Positions 9,255 through 18,249 of a stretch of DNA of 51,967 nucleotides are shown here, piece by piece (position 1 is the first letter of the stretch; each line of letters starts with the position of its first letter). Below the pieces are notes generated by a model that had not been told where the DNA came from, ran no database searches, and saw only the letters and a program-made list of their open reading frames with translations. This stretch comes from Candidatus Eiseniibacteriota bacterium (GTDB taxonomy: Bacteria > Eisenbacteria > RBG-16-71-46 > CAZEPH01). A program made the translations under genes and the position numbers. The stretch lies in assembly GCA_044229145.1 (NCBI GenBank), contig JBGATO010000023.1, positions 1 through 51,967 on the forward strand, given 5' to 3'.

Positions 9255-10687
9255 GCGAACGCACGATTGCCCGCGCCGCCGGCGTCGCGGCGATCTCGCT
9301 GGTGGTGCGGCAAGCCGTCGTGCAGGGCGCCAACGTGCTTGGCGGCATTGCTCTGGCGCGGCTCCGCAGCCCGGCCGACTTCGGCGTCTACGGCGTGATG
9401 ACCTTCCTCCTGTCGCTCTTCGTGGCCTTGAGCGACGTCGGCCTCAGCGCCAGCCTGATTCGCGACCCTGCGGAGCCGACGACCCGCGATCTTCGCCTGG
9501 TCCTCGCGCTCCAACACCTGCTCACCGCCGCCCTGGCACTTGCGCTGTGGGGCGGCGCGGGAGCGATCGCCGCCGCGTACCACCTGCCCGCGGATTCGGT
9601 GTGGATGTTTCGACTGCTCGCGCTGGCGCTGCCGGTGACCGCGCTCCAAAGCGTATCGGCGATCGTGCTCGAACGGCACGTCCGTTTCCCGGTGCTGGCG
9701 CGCGTCGAGATCGTGCAGGCGCTCGTCTACAACCTCGCGGTGGTCGGCCTGGTGTGGCGCGGCGCCGGTGTTGTCGCCTTCGGCTGGGCGATGATCGCGC
9801 GGGCGGTCAGCGGCGCGGTGCTCGGCGTCGCCGCGAGCCCGTGGCGCGTGGGCTGGGCATGGGACACCACGCGGGTGCGACAGCTGCTGCGCTTCGGCCT
9901 GCCGTACCAGGCCGGCACGCTGGTCTCGGTGGTGAAGGACTCGATCACGCCGATCCTGCTCGGTCTCACCGTCGGGACCGTCGCGGTCGACCAGGCGAAT
10001 TGGGCGAACATGGTGGCGGCGTATCCGGTGCTCGCGCTGTTCGCGCTCCAGCGCGTGTATCTCCCGAGCTTCGCGCGGCTGCAGCACGACCGCGAGGCGC
10101 TGGCGCGCTTCGTCGCCACGGTGATCCGTATGACGAACGCGGTGGTGGCGCCGCTCGCCATCGGCACGCTGGTGCTGGTCACACCGCTCACTCGCGTCGT
10201 GTTCGGCGAGAAATGGCTGGCCGCGGTGCCACTGTTCTACTTCCTCTGGGCGGCGAACCTCTTCGTGCCGACCGTGACGCCGTTGGTCGGATTGCTCAAT
10301 GCGCTCGGCCGCTCGCGCACGACGTTTGGGTTCACGCTGCTGTGGATGGTGCTCACGTGGGTGCTCGCCGGACCAGCCATCGTGCGCTACGGCGCGCTCG
10401 GATTCGCGGCCGCGAACGCGGTGGTGCAACTGAGCAACCTGTGGCTGTTCGCGGTCGCGCGACGCGCGCTGCCGCTGCGGTTGCTGCCGCTCATCGCCCC
10501 ATCGTGGGGGGCCGCGGCGATCATGGGACTCGTGGTGGCCGGACTTGCGCACTGGCACACGCCGCGGACCGTGGGCGAACTCGCAGCGGTGGTGGCGGTG
10601 GGCGCGGTGGTGTACGTCGCGGCGCTCGCGGTGTGCGCGCCGGCGGTATTCCGCGCGGTGCGGCTGCTGCGGAGCGGCGATGCCTGA
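9251..10687 (+). CDS. Wzx/PST-family oligosaccharide flippase
   Basis: LARLRSPADFGVYG, DVGLSASLI, LLRFG, VFGEKW; many TM helices; ATGA overlap with the GT2 stop. Confidence 0.88.
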   Translation: MSERTIARAAGVAAISLVVRQAVVQGANVLGGIALARLRSPADFGVYGVMTFLLSLFVALSDVGLSASLIRDPAEPTTRDLRLVLALQHLLTAALALALWGGAGAIAAAYHLPADSVWMFRLLALALPVTALQSVSAIVLERHVRFPVLARVEIVQALVYNLAVVGLVWRGAGVVAFGWAMIARAVSGAVLGVAASPWRVGWAWDTTRVRQLLRFGLPYQAGTLVSVVKDSITPILLGLTVGTVAVDQANWANMVAAYPVLALFALQRVYLPSFARLQHDREALARFVATVIRMTNAVVAPLAIGTLVLVTPLTRVVFGEKWLAAVPLFYFLWAANLFVPTVTPLVGLLNALGRSRTTFGFTLLWMVLTWVLAGPAIVRYGALGFAAANAVVQLSNLWLFAVARRALPLRLLPLIAPSWGAAAIMGLVVAGLAHWHTPRTVGELAAVVAVGAVVYVAALAVCAPAVFRAVRLLRSGDA

Positions 10688-12128
10688 GATCGTCGCCTGC
10701 ATCGATGCGCGTCGCGAGACGTTCGCGCTGGCAGACGCGGTGGAGAGCGCGCGGCGGGTCGCGGAGCGGGTCTGCGTGCAGGGCGCGCCGCCGCCGCCGG
10801 GCGCAAGCGCGTGCGATGGTGCGACGCCGCCGGACGCCTGGTGCGTGCGACTCACCGGCGATGAGGTTCTGACGCGCGCCCCGCAACCCTCCGCGCGACG
10901 CCACGCCGAAGGCTGGACGCTGCCGGTGCACGAATGGATCTGTGGCACCTGGCGTCCCGCGCGTGATGCAGTGCGACTGACCGGTCCGCGCGACGGTACG
11001 CCACCTGCAGCGTTGGCCGAGTGCGAGATACGCCGTGCGCACGTCCGGCATCCCGGCGTGGTGGCCTGCGATGCGGCGAGTGCCCCCGCCATCGCCGGCG
11101 ACACCTCGGCGCTCGGCCTTGCCGTGGCAGCCTGGCGTGCGCGCCGCGGGATCCCCGACACCTTGCTGGCCGACGGCGCGGGCCTCGCCGCGGTCGCCGC
11201 GCGGTTGCGCGCCGTCCTCGAATCCGAGTGCGGCGATCGCGCGGCGCTGCACGCGCGCTACGACACCTGCGCCGCATCGCTGCTAACCACGCGTCCGGCC
11301 GCGCCCGGCATCGACATCACCGTCGTCCTCAACACGTGGAACGCCGAGACGTACTTGGCGCGCGTGCTCGACGCGGTCCGCGGTTGGGCGGCCGACATCG
11401 TGATCGTCGACATGCACAGCGACGACGGCACGTGCGATATCGCGCGGGCAGCGGGCGCGCGCGTGGTGCCGCACGAGCCGCTCGCCTACTCGGAGCCGGC
11501 GCGCGCGTTCGCCTTGCAACAGGCGCGCACGCCATGGATGTTGGTGCTCGACGCCGACGAGATTGCGCCACCGGCGCTACTCGACACGCTCGCGGCGGCG
11601 GCGCGCGCGGGCGACACCGACTGCCTCTCGCTCCCGCGCCTCAACTACATCTGGGGCGAACCGATTTGCCACAGCGGCTGGGAGCCGCGGGCCGACACGC
11701 ACCTGCGCTTCGGGCGTGCCGGGGCGATCGACTGGCCGCCACGCATCCATGCGCGGCCGCGTCCCGCGGCCGGAATGCGGCATCGCACGTTGCCGGCGGA
11801 CGGTGACGCGCTGCTGCATCACTTCAACTACACCGACATCGCCGACTTCCTCGAACGCCTCGCGCGCTACACGGCGATCGAGGCGCGCACCGCCGCGGCG
11901 CACGGCGCGCTCGCCGATCGCCGTGCGGCGTGGCGCGTGGCCGCACGGGAGTGGATGAGTCGCGCGGTGCGGCACGGCGGCGCACGCGCCGGGTGGCGCG
12001 GCGCCGGACTCGCCACCCTGATGGTATTCTACCGGCTGCTGTCCGACGCCTGGCTGGCCGCCGGCGCGCCGACGGCGGAGGAGTGCGACCAGCGCGCCCT
12101 CGCCGCCCTGCGCGACGCCGCACGCTGA
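10680..12128 (+). CDS. GT2 glycosyltransferase (WaaE/LgtF-like) with degenerate N-terminal GT2 copy
   Basis: C-terminal domain has DMHSDDGT, ARAFALQQA, WMLVLDADE, IH and HFNY; the N-half is a decayed parallel copy. Confidence 0.8.
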   Translation: MPEIVACIDARRETFALADAVESARRVAERVCVQGAPPPPGASACDGATPPDAWCVRLTGDEVLTRAPQPSARRHAEGWTLPVHEWICGTWRPARDAVRLTGPRDGTPPAALAECEIRRAHVRHPGVVACDAASAPAIAGDTSALGLAVAAWRARRGIPDTLLADGAGLAAVAARLRAVLESECGDRAALHARYDTCAASLLTTRPAAPGIDITVVLNTWNAETYLARVLDAVRGWAADIVIVDMHSDDGTCDIARAAGARVVPHEPLAYSEPARAFALQQARTPWMLVLDADEIAPPALLDTLAAAARAGDTDCLSLPRLNYIWGEPICHSGWEPRADTHLRFGRAGAIDWPPRIHARPRPAAGMRHRTLPADGDALLHHFNYTDIADFLERLARYTAIEARTAAAHGALADRRAAWRVAAREWMSRAVRHGGARAGWRGAGLATLMVFYRLLSDAWLAAGAPTAEECDQRALAALRDAAR

Positions 12129-12154
12129 GCCCACTCCCAAGGAGCATTTCCGCG

Positions 12155-13063
12155 ATGTCCGTGCTGTCCACCCTCCGCGTGATCCCGATGTCCGCCGACA
12201 CTGCCTCCGTCTTCACGCAGCTCTTCGAACATCCGTCGATCCACCCGGCGTACGCGGCACGCGGCGATGCGGCGCTCTACCTCGGTTTCCCGCACTACGA
12301 TCCGGCGGGCAGCTTTCTGGTCTACGACGGCGAGACGCCGGTGGCCTTCGCGTTCAGCATCTACGTCTACAACCACGAGCCGCCGTTCACCCAGGTGAGC
12401 GTCGGCGTGCTGCCGTCGCATCGCGGCCGCGGCCTTGGCCGCGCGCTGGTGGACCACGTCGAAGCACACTACGGCGATCGCATCGCGTTCCTGCGCATGG
12501 GCGCCGATGTCGCGGTGCCGGGCGGCGATCTCTTCGCCCACGCGCTCGGTTTCACGGAGGAGCGGCACTTCTGGACGATGCAGCGGCCGTTCGGCCCGGT
12601 TCCGGCGATCGAATGGCCGGACGGCATCGAATGCCGCGGGTTCGATGGCGGCGACGCCATGCTGGAGGACTTCGGCGACGCGGCCACGCGCTCGTTCGCG
12701 GACAACTGGGGATTCGTCGCGTGGACGCTCGACATGGCGCGCGAGGAGATCGCGCGGCCCGGATTCCGCCGCGACGGACTGCTGCTCGCGTACCGCGACG
12801 GCGCGGTCGTCGGACTCAGCTTCAACACGATCCTGCCGGACGGCCGCGGTGAGGTGGACACGCTCGGCGTCGTCGCCTCCGAACGCGGACGCGGCCTCGG
12901 ACGCGCGTTGCTGCGCTGGGGCGTGGAATGGCTGCAGGCGCAGCAGCCGCGCAGCGTGATCCTGCTGGTGGACGGCGCCAACGACTCGGCCACCCGGCTC
13001 TACCGCGCGGAGGGATTCATCGCGATCGCCGAACGAGTCGTATGGAAACGGGCATCGGCTTGA
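12155..13063 (+). CDS. tandem GNAT N-acetyltransferase (MshD-like architecture)
   Basis: Two acetyl-CoA motifs, VLPSHRGRGLGRAL and VVASERGRGLGRALL, plus NDSATRLYRAEGF; AAGGAG RBS. Confidence 0.85.
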   Translation: MSVLSTLRVIPMSADTASVFTQLFEHPSIHPAYAARGDAALYLGFPHYDPAGSFLVYDGETPVAFAFSIYVYNHEPPFTQVSVGVLPSHRGRGLGRALVDHVEAHYGDRIAFLRMGADVAVPGGDLFAHALGFTEERHFWTMQRPFGPVPAIEWPDGIECRGFDGGDAMLEDFGDAATRSFADNWGFVAWTLDMAREEIARPGFRRDGLLLAYRDGAVVGLSFNTILPDGRGEVDTLGVVASERGRGLGRALLRWGVEWLQAQQPRSVILLVDGANDSATRLYRAEGFIAIAERVVWKRASA

Positions 13064-13088
13064 CGCCCTCCGCCCTGCCCCGTAGGCT
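13060..13088 (+). promoter_or_regulatory. sigma70-type promoter of the pafBC-like pair
   Basis: TTGACG-N17-TAGGCT. Confidence 0.65.
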
Positions 13089-13174
13089 CGACCGACACAC
13101 AGTGGCGGGGTGATGCGCACCGGCGACGTGCGGTTTGGCCGCGCCGGGTGCGTGTGGGTGGAGGAACGGTTGCC

Positions 13175-14260
13175 ATGTCGGCGCGTCGCGCGGAACGTCT
13201 GATCGATCTGTTGTTGCTGCTGTTGCACGCGCGTCTGCCGCTGCCGTGGTCGGAGATTCGTACCTTGCCGGCCTACTCGCCGGCGGGCCGCGATCTCGCC
13301 TCGGTACAACGCCAGTTCGAGCGCGACAAGGAAGATCTGCGCGCGCTCGGCGTTCCCATCGAATACGTCGAACCACTCGACGACGAGAGCGAAGGCGGCT
13401 ACCTGCTCGATCGCCGCCGCTACTTCCTGCCCGCGCTCGAATTCACCGAGGACGAAGCGCTCGCCTTGGCGTTGGCGGAGGGACTCGCCGGCCGCACCGC
13501 GCAGGCGCTCGGCGAAGACGCGTTCGCGGCGTGGACGAAGATCGTCTGCTTGCCGGGCATGAAGACGGCGGTGCGGTCCGACGTCGCGCGGCGCATCCAT
13601 TTGGCGCCGGCGCTCGCCGCGTCGCCGCGCGAACGCATGCTGGTCGAAACGATCCGCGATGCCATCGACGGCGGCAAGCGTCTGCGCCGGACCTATCGCA
13701 CGCTTGGCGCCGACGCCGCTGGCGATCGCCTCGTCGATCCGTACGGGCTGTTGATTCGCCAGGGCACGCCGTACCTCGTCGCGCACGACCACAAGCGGCG
13801 CACGGTGCTCACCTTCCGCGTCTCGCGTATCGAGGATGTCGCGCCGGCGCCGGTGCAGCCGGGCGGCGGTGCCGACTTCACGGTGCCGGCGACCTTCCGG
13901 CTCGAGGAGTACACGCAGCGCGCGCCGTGGGAATTCGGCTCGCAGCCGCCGGTCGAGGTCACCGTGCGCGTGGCACCGCGCTTGGCGTGGCAGGTCGAAC
14001 GCACGTTCGGCCGCCGCGCAACCGTGAAGCACGACAAGGACGGCGCGGCGGTGGTGCGGTTCGCCGCATCGGACACCGCGGCCGCATTGCGCTGGGCGTT
14101 GTCGCTCGGACGTGCGGCGGAGATTCTCGGGCCCCCGGCACTGCGCGAGCAGGCGCGCGACACGCTGCGGGAGTTGGCGGAGCGTCACCGCGCCGCGCCT
14201 CGCGTGAAAGCCGCATCGCGGCGCGCGGCACCACGCGCCGCCAAGGGAGGACGCGCCTGA
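13175..14260 (+). CDS. pafB: PafB-like wHTH-WYL-WCX transcriptional regulator
   Basis: ERLIDLL...FERDKEDLRALGVPI signature; WYL domain VDPYGL...YLVAHD...FRVSRI; WCX ILGPPALRE. Confidence 0.85.
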   Translation: MSARRAERLIDLLLLLLHARLPLPWSEIRTLPAYSPAGRDLASVQRQFERDKEDLRALGVPIEYVEPLDDESEGGYLLDRRRYFLPALEFTEDEALALALAEGLAGRTAQALGEDAFAAWTKIVCLPGMKTAVRSDVARRIHLAPALAASPRERMLVETIRDAIDGGKRLRRTYRTLGADAAGDRLVDPYGLLIRQGTPYLVAHDHKRRTVLTFRVSRIEDVAPAPVQPGGGADFTVPATFRLEEYTQRAPWEFGSQPPVEVTVRVAPRLAWQVERTFGRRATVKHDKDGAAVVRFAASDTAAALRWALSLGRAAEILGPPALREQARDTLRELAERHRAAPRVKAASRRAAPRAAKGGRA

Positions 14261-14265
14261 TGGCC

Positions 14266-14371
14266 CGCGTGCGTTCCGACACCCGGCGGCTCCTGCTCCT
14301 GCTGCAACTCATTCACCGCGCGTGCGCTCCGACACCCGCCGGCTCCTGCTCCTGCTGCAGCTGATTCACCG
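14266..14371 (+). repeat. imperfect 53-bp tandem duplication at the pafC 5' end
   Basis: Copy 1 at 14266-14318, copy 2 at 14319-14371; four mismatches, all synonymous third positions. Confidence 0.95.
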
Positions 14372-15287
14372 GCGCCCCGGCATCCGCATCGCCAAACTCG
14401 CGGCGACGCTCAAGCAGAGCGAACGCGATGTGCTGCGCGATCTCGAGCGGCTATCCCTGTGCGGCGTGCCGCCGTTCACGCCGGACGATTATCTCGACGC
14501 CTACGTGTCGAAGGGCCGTGTCTACGTGCGCGGCGCCGGCGGCTTCCGCGGTGCCGCGCAACTCACGCCGCAAGAAGCCGTGAGCTTGCTCGCCGCGCTG
14601 CGCTTCCTCGAGGAGAGCGGCGGCGGCCCGCGCGCCTTCCCCGCCGTGCGCAGCGCCGCGCGCAAGATCGAGGAGGCACTGACCGGCGAGGTCGGCGCCG
14701 CCACCACCTCGCTCAAGCGGCGCGTGCTGTGGGAAGCCTCCGCCGGCGCCGACGCCGCGGTGTTCCGCGCGCTCCAGGAAGCGCTCGCCGCGCGACGCGT
14801 CGTATGCCTCACCTACTACAGCGAGAGCGCCGACGAAATCCATCACGGCGACGTCCACCCCTACGACCTCGCCTTCGCGCGCGGCCAGTGGTATCTCATC
14901 GCGTTCAGCGCGGCGCGCGGCAGCGTGCGCACGTTGCGCGTCGATCGCATCCAGAAGGCCGAACTGCGCGACGCCCACTACGACATCCCCGCCGACTTCG
15001 ATCCGGCGCGTCACGTGAATCCGTCGATGCTCACCGCCGACAGCGCGGACGTCGACGTGACGATGCGCGTGTCGCCGCCGCTCGCCGAATTCGCCGCGGA
15101 CGCCTACCCGCGGGCCGACGCCCAGGACGACGGCTCGGTCATCGTGACGATGCGCGGGGGCAATCTGACGTGGGCCGCGCGTCAGGTTCTGCGCTGGGCG
15201 CCGTACGCGGAAATCCTGGCACCCGCCGAGGCACGCGAGGCCGCGGCCCGTCTCGCCCTGGATCTCGCCTCGAGCTACGCCGAGTAG
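14322..15287 (+). CDS. pafC: PafC-like wHTH-WYL-WCX regulator (natural start ATG 14260 is put out of frame by the duplication)
   Basis: DLERLSLCGVPPFTPDDYLD (PafC-type), VHPYDL...WYLIAF...LRVDRI, EILAP. Confidence 0.82.
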   Translation: MRSDTRRLLLLLQLIHRRPGIRIAKLAATLKQSERDVLRDLERLSLCGVPPFTPDDYLDAYVSKGRVYVRGAGGFRGAAQLTPQEAVSLLAALRFLEESGGGPRAFPAVRSAARKIEEALTGEVGAATTSLKRRVLWEASAGADAAVFRALQEALAARRVVCLTYYSESADEIHHGDVHPYDLAFARGQWYLIAFSAARGSVRTLRVDRIQKAELRDAHYDIPADFDPARHVNPSMLTADSADVDVTMRVSPPLAEFAADAYPRADAQDDGSVIVTMRGGNLTWAARQVLRWAPYAEILAPAEAREAAARLALDLASSYAE

Positions 15288-15296
15288 CGGCGGCAC

Positions 15297-15337
15297 AAAA
15301 AACGCGGGGCGGGTGAGATCGACTCACCCGCCCCGCG
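15297..15337 (-). terminator. intrinsic terminator of the Kelch gene (possibly bidirectional)
   Basis: 15-bp stem CGCGGGGCGGGTGAG/CTCACCCGCCCCGCG with an A6 tract at 15297-15302. Confidence 0.85.
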
Positions 15338-15356
15338 CCGTTTCGTGGCGATGCCG

Positions 15357-18077
15357 TTACCGCACGACGGCGACCCGCGCCTCGTGCACCGCACCACCTG
15401 CCGCAGTGCGCGCCAGGTAGATGCCGCTGCCCACCGCACGGCCGGCGGTGTCACGGCCGTTCCACACACCGGACCACGTCAGCCGCCCGTCCGAGGTCAG
15501 CGGCACGGTGGCCACGTGACGGCCGCTGACGTCGTAGATCTGCGTATCGAGAGTCGCCGACGCGGCACTCTCGAAGCCGACCAGCCACAGCGTCGCCGCG
15601 CCGCGCACCGGCGACTGCGCACGCAGTGCGATCGCCCGCGTGTTGCCATTTGCGCCGGACGCCGGCACCACGACTTCGCCGGCCGGGATGCGCAGGCCGT
15701 TCGCCATGTTGACGACGGTGTAGCGGTAGCTGCCGGCGCTGGCGCTGTGGTCGGCCGCTTCGGCCCACGTCGCGGCCGGTGCAAGATCCTGCGCCATCAC
15801 CTTCGCCACCACCGTTGCCTCGCTGGCGCCGAGCAGCGGCTCACGCACGACGGCGTAGCCGAGCGGTGAGTTCTGCGACGTCTCCCAGCGCACCATCACG
15901 GCGCCATCTTCGGTCACCGCGGAGGTCGCGACCGCCGGCGACGAGGCCGACAGCGAGAAGTGCCAGGTGTCGCTGCGCGCGCTGCCCCCGTCGGTCCCGC
16001 CGAAGCGGATCGCGGCATTCCCCGCCACCACCATCGGCGACAGGTAACGCGTGCCGGGGTCGGTGCCGCTGACGGTCACCGTCGACCACGCGTACGTCGA
16101 CAGGTTGAGCGCGTAGGTACCGCTCGCCGGCGTCGGCACGAGAATCGCCGATCCCTCGAGGACGTTCGTCGAGCCGCCGGTCACGATCAGGCTGTTGCTC
16201 GCGCCGTCGACGAAGGTGCTCGCCCACTCGCGCACCGTCGGGGCCGTGCCGCTGACGGTCGGTGCGGTCAGCCACACGTTGTTCGCCAGGTCGAACACGC
16301 GCACGTCGTTGAGCAAACCGGTGAGGCTGGCGCCGCCGAACACGATCATCTTGGTGCCCGACGGGTCGAGGATGGCCGAGTGACCGGTGCGCCCCGCACC
16401 ACCGAAGTCGGGCAAACGCGTCCACGATTCGCTCGCCAGGTCGAACGCCCAGAGGTCCGCGAGGTAGCCGCCGTTGTACCCGCCGAACACGACCATGCGG
16501 TTGCGCGCGCCGTCGTAGATCATCGATGCACCGTCGCGGCCGCCCGGCCGCGTGCCGTCCGGACGCACGCGGCGCCACTTGCCGGTAGCCACCGAGAACA
16601 CCGACATCGAGTCGCCGTACGTGTTGTCGATGATCGTCGTGCCGCCGGAGCGATAGTAGGCACCACGCCAGCCGCCGAACACCCACACGCTGTCTTGCGC
16701 GAACGCCGCGGCGGCGCGAGCGCGCGGCGCCGGCAGCGAGTCCTGCAGCGCCAGCTTGCTCCACGTCTGCGTGCCGGGGGCATAGGTCCACACGTCGCCC
16801 AGCGTCTCGTTGAACGACGACAGACCACCGTAGAGCACGACACGATCCCGCACCGCATCGTAGGCGAGCGAGTGTCCGTAGCGCGACGGCGGGTTAGTCA
16901 CCTTCACCACCGGCTGCCACAGCGTGTCGTTGGCCGGCGTCAGGCGCCACGCATCCCCGAGCATCGCGGAGCTGCCCATGCCAGCGACGGTCAGTAGATC
17001 GCCGTTCGGCATCTTGACCCACGCCGGGAAGCTGCGCGGCTCGGGCTGGGTCACGCCGTCCTTGTTCGCCAGCAACGTGTCCTTCGCCACCCACGCCGCG
17101 GACGGCGTGCCGAGGCGCGTGAGCACCCATTCGTCCGCGTAGACCTTCCGCGCGTCGGAACCACCATAGATGCGCGCGGTGTGCGTCTCGGCGTTGAAGG
17201 TGATGGTGCTCCCGAAGCGCGCGTTGGGGCGGAAGTTGACCGGCGCGATTTCCTGGCGCCAGGTGTTAGTGGCGACGTTGAGCACCCAGACATCGTTCGT
17301 GAAGAGCGTGTTGTCGCGGCCCCCGAAGATGTAGATCGAGTCCTGGGTGGCATCGACCGCGGTGCCGTAGCGCTTGGTGGGCCGCGGAGTCGCCACGGTC
17401 GTGTACTGCAACCACGACCCCTCACGGCGCTTGTCCGGCGACGAGAGCACCAGCTGGTAGAACTCGTTCTGGAGACTGTCGCCATCCGACCCGCCGAACA
17501 TCAGCATGCTGCGCTCGACACCGTTCGTCACGGCGTCGCTGCGCGTGAAGGCGGCCGCCATGTAGCGGCGCGGCGCCAGTAGTCCGCGCGTCGACGCCTT
17601 GAACTTGCGCCACGTCAACGTCGAAAGGTCGAGCGTATAGCTGTCGTCCAGGACGCGGCCATCGTATCCGCCGTGCACGAACATGCGGCCGGCGAGCGAG
17701 TCGTACACCGCCATGTGCCACATGCGCGGCGGCGGCGTGTCGCCGATGGTCTGCAGCTTCGTCCACGTGCTGGTGCCGGTGCCGCCGGGGCCGCTGAAGC
17801 TCAACGCCCAGGTGTCGTTGAGGAACACCCCGCTCGCCCCGCCGAACACGATCACGCGGTTGTTGGCGATGTCGTAGATCGCGCTCGCGCCGCTGCGCGC
17901 GGGCTGCAGAGCGTCGGCCAAACGTTCCGACCAGGCGGCGGCCTGCGGCGCGGGCAAACCCCGCGGCGGCGCCATCGACGCACGCGCGTCCACCCCACCC
18001 ACGCAACTCACCACGAGTCCGGTCACGGCGCCGAGAACTTGGGGAATCGCCAATCGACACCAGCCACGCACGGTCAT
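15357..18077 (-). CDS. secreted Kelch-repeat protein (about two propellers) with C-terminal FlgD-Ig/T9SS-like sorting domain
   Basis: About 12 FGG/YGG...D-W repeats; C-terminus IYDVSGRHV...WNGRDTAGRAVGSGIYLAR...VAVVR; GGAGAG RBS. Confidence 0.85.
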   Translation of the reverse strand: MTVRGWCRLAIPQVLGAVTGLVVSCVGGVDARASMAPPRGLPAPQAAAWSERLADALQPARSGASAIYDIANNRVIVFGGASGVFLNDTWALSFSGPGGTGTSTWTKLQTIGDTPPPRMWHMAVYDSLAGRMFVHGGYDGRVLDDSYTLDLSTLTWRKFKASTRGLLAPRRYMAAAFTRSDAVTNGVERSMLMFGGSDGDSLQNEFYQLVLSSPDKRREGSWLQYTTVATPRPTKRYGTAVDATQDSIYIFGGRDNTLFTNDVWVLNVATNTWRQEIAPVNFRPNARFGSTITFNAETHTARIYGGSDARKVYADEWVLTRLGTPSAAWVAKDTLLANKDGVTQPEPRSFPAWVKMPNGDLLTVAGMGSSAMLGDAWRLTPANDTLWQPVVKVTNPPSRYGHSLAYDAVRDRVVLYGGLSSFNETLGDVWTYAPGTQTWSKLALQDSLPAPRARAAAAFAQDSVWVFGGWRGAYYRSGGTTIIDNTYGDSMSVFSVATGKWRRVRPDGTRPGGRDGASMIYDGARNRMVVFGGYNGGYLADLWAFDLASESWTRLPDFGGAGRTGHSAILDPSGTKMIVFGGASLTGLLNDVRVFDLANNVWLTAPTVSGTAPTVREWASTFVDGASNSLIVTGGSTNVLEGSAILVPTPASGTYALNLSTYAWSTVTVSGTDPGTRYLSPMVVAGNAAIRFGGTDGGSARSDTWHFSLSASSPAVATSAVTEDGAVMVRWETSQNSPLGYAVVREPLLGASEATVVAKVMAQDLAPAATWAEAADHSASAGSYRYTVVNMANGLRIPAGEVVVPASGANGNTRAIALRAQSPVRGAATLWLVGFESAASATLDTQIYDVSGRHVATVPLTSDGRLTWSGVWNGRDTAGRAVGSGIYLARTAAGGAVHEARVAVVR

Positions 18078-18192
18078 GCCTCTCTCCGTTGAGATTCGAA
18101 CCCTTTTCCCCCACAACTGTGGCCCGCAGGTGCGGCCCAAGAGTGTGGCAGGCACACGCCATCCTTCGGGGGATCATCCGGTTGGGGCGCTG

Positions 18193-18221
18193 ACTCTAGC
18201 AACCACCCTCACGCCCGTCAA
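18193..18221 (-). promoter_or_regulatory. sigma70-type promoter of the Kelch gene
   Basis: TTGACG-N17-TAGAGT with extended -10 TG. Confidence 0.65.
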
Positions 18222-18249
18222 TGCCGCCGACGGGCGCGCCGCGGACCCG

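Noticed and set aside
14260..14364. Cys-rich peptide (…GSCSCCS) as a functional metal-binding or RiPP precursor
   Set aside because: It is the out-of-frame reading of the duplicated CTCCTG leucine run
13175..15287. WYL genes as markers of an anti-phage defence island
   Set aside because: No BREX, CBASS, RM or Cas genes nearby; the signatures are PafB/PafC-type rather than BrxR/CapW-type
18085..18110. tRNA remnant (GGTTCGAATC on the minus strand)
   Set aside because: The T-stem does not pair and no cloverleaf forms
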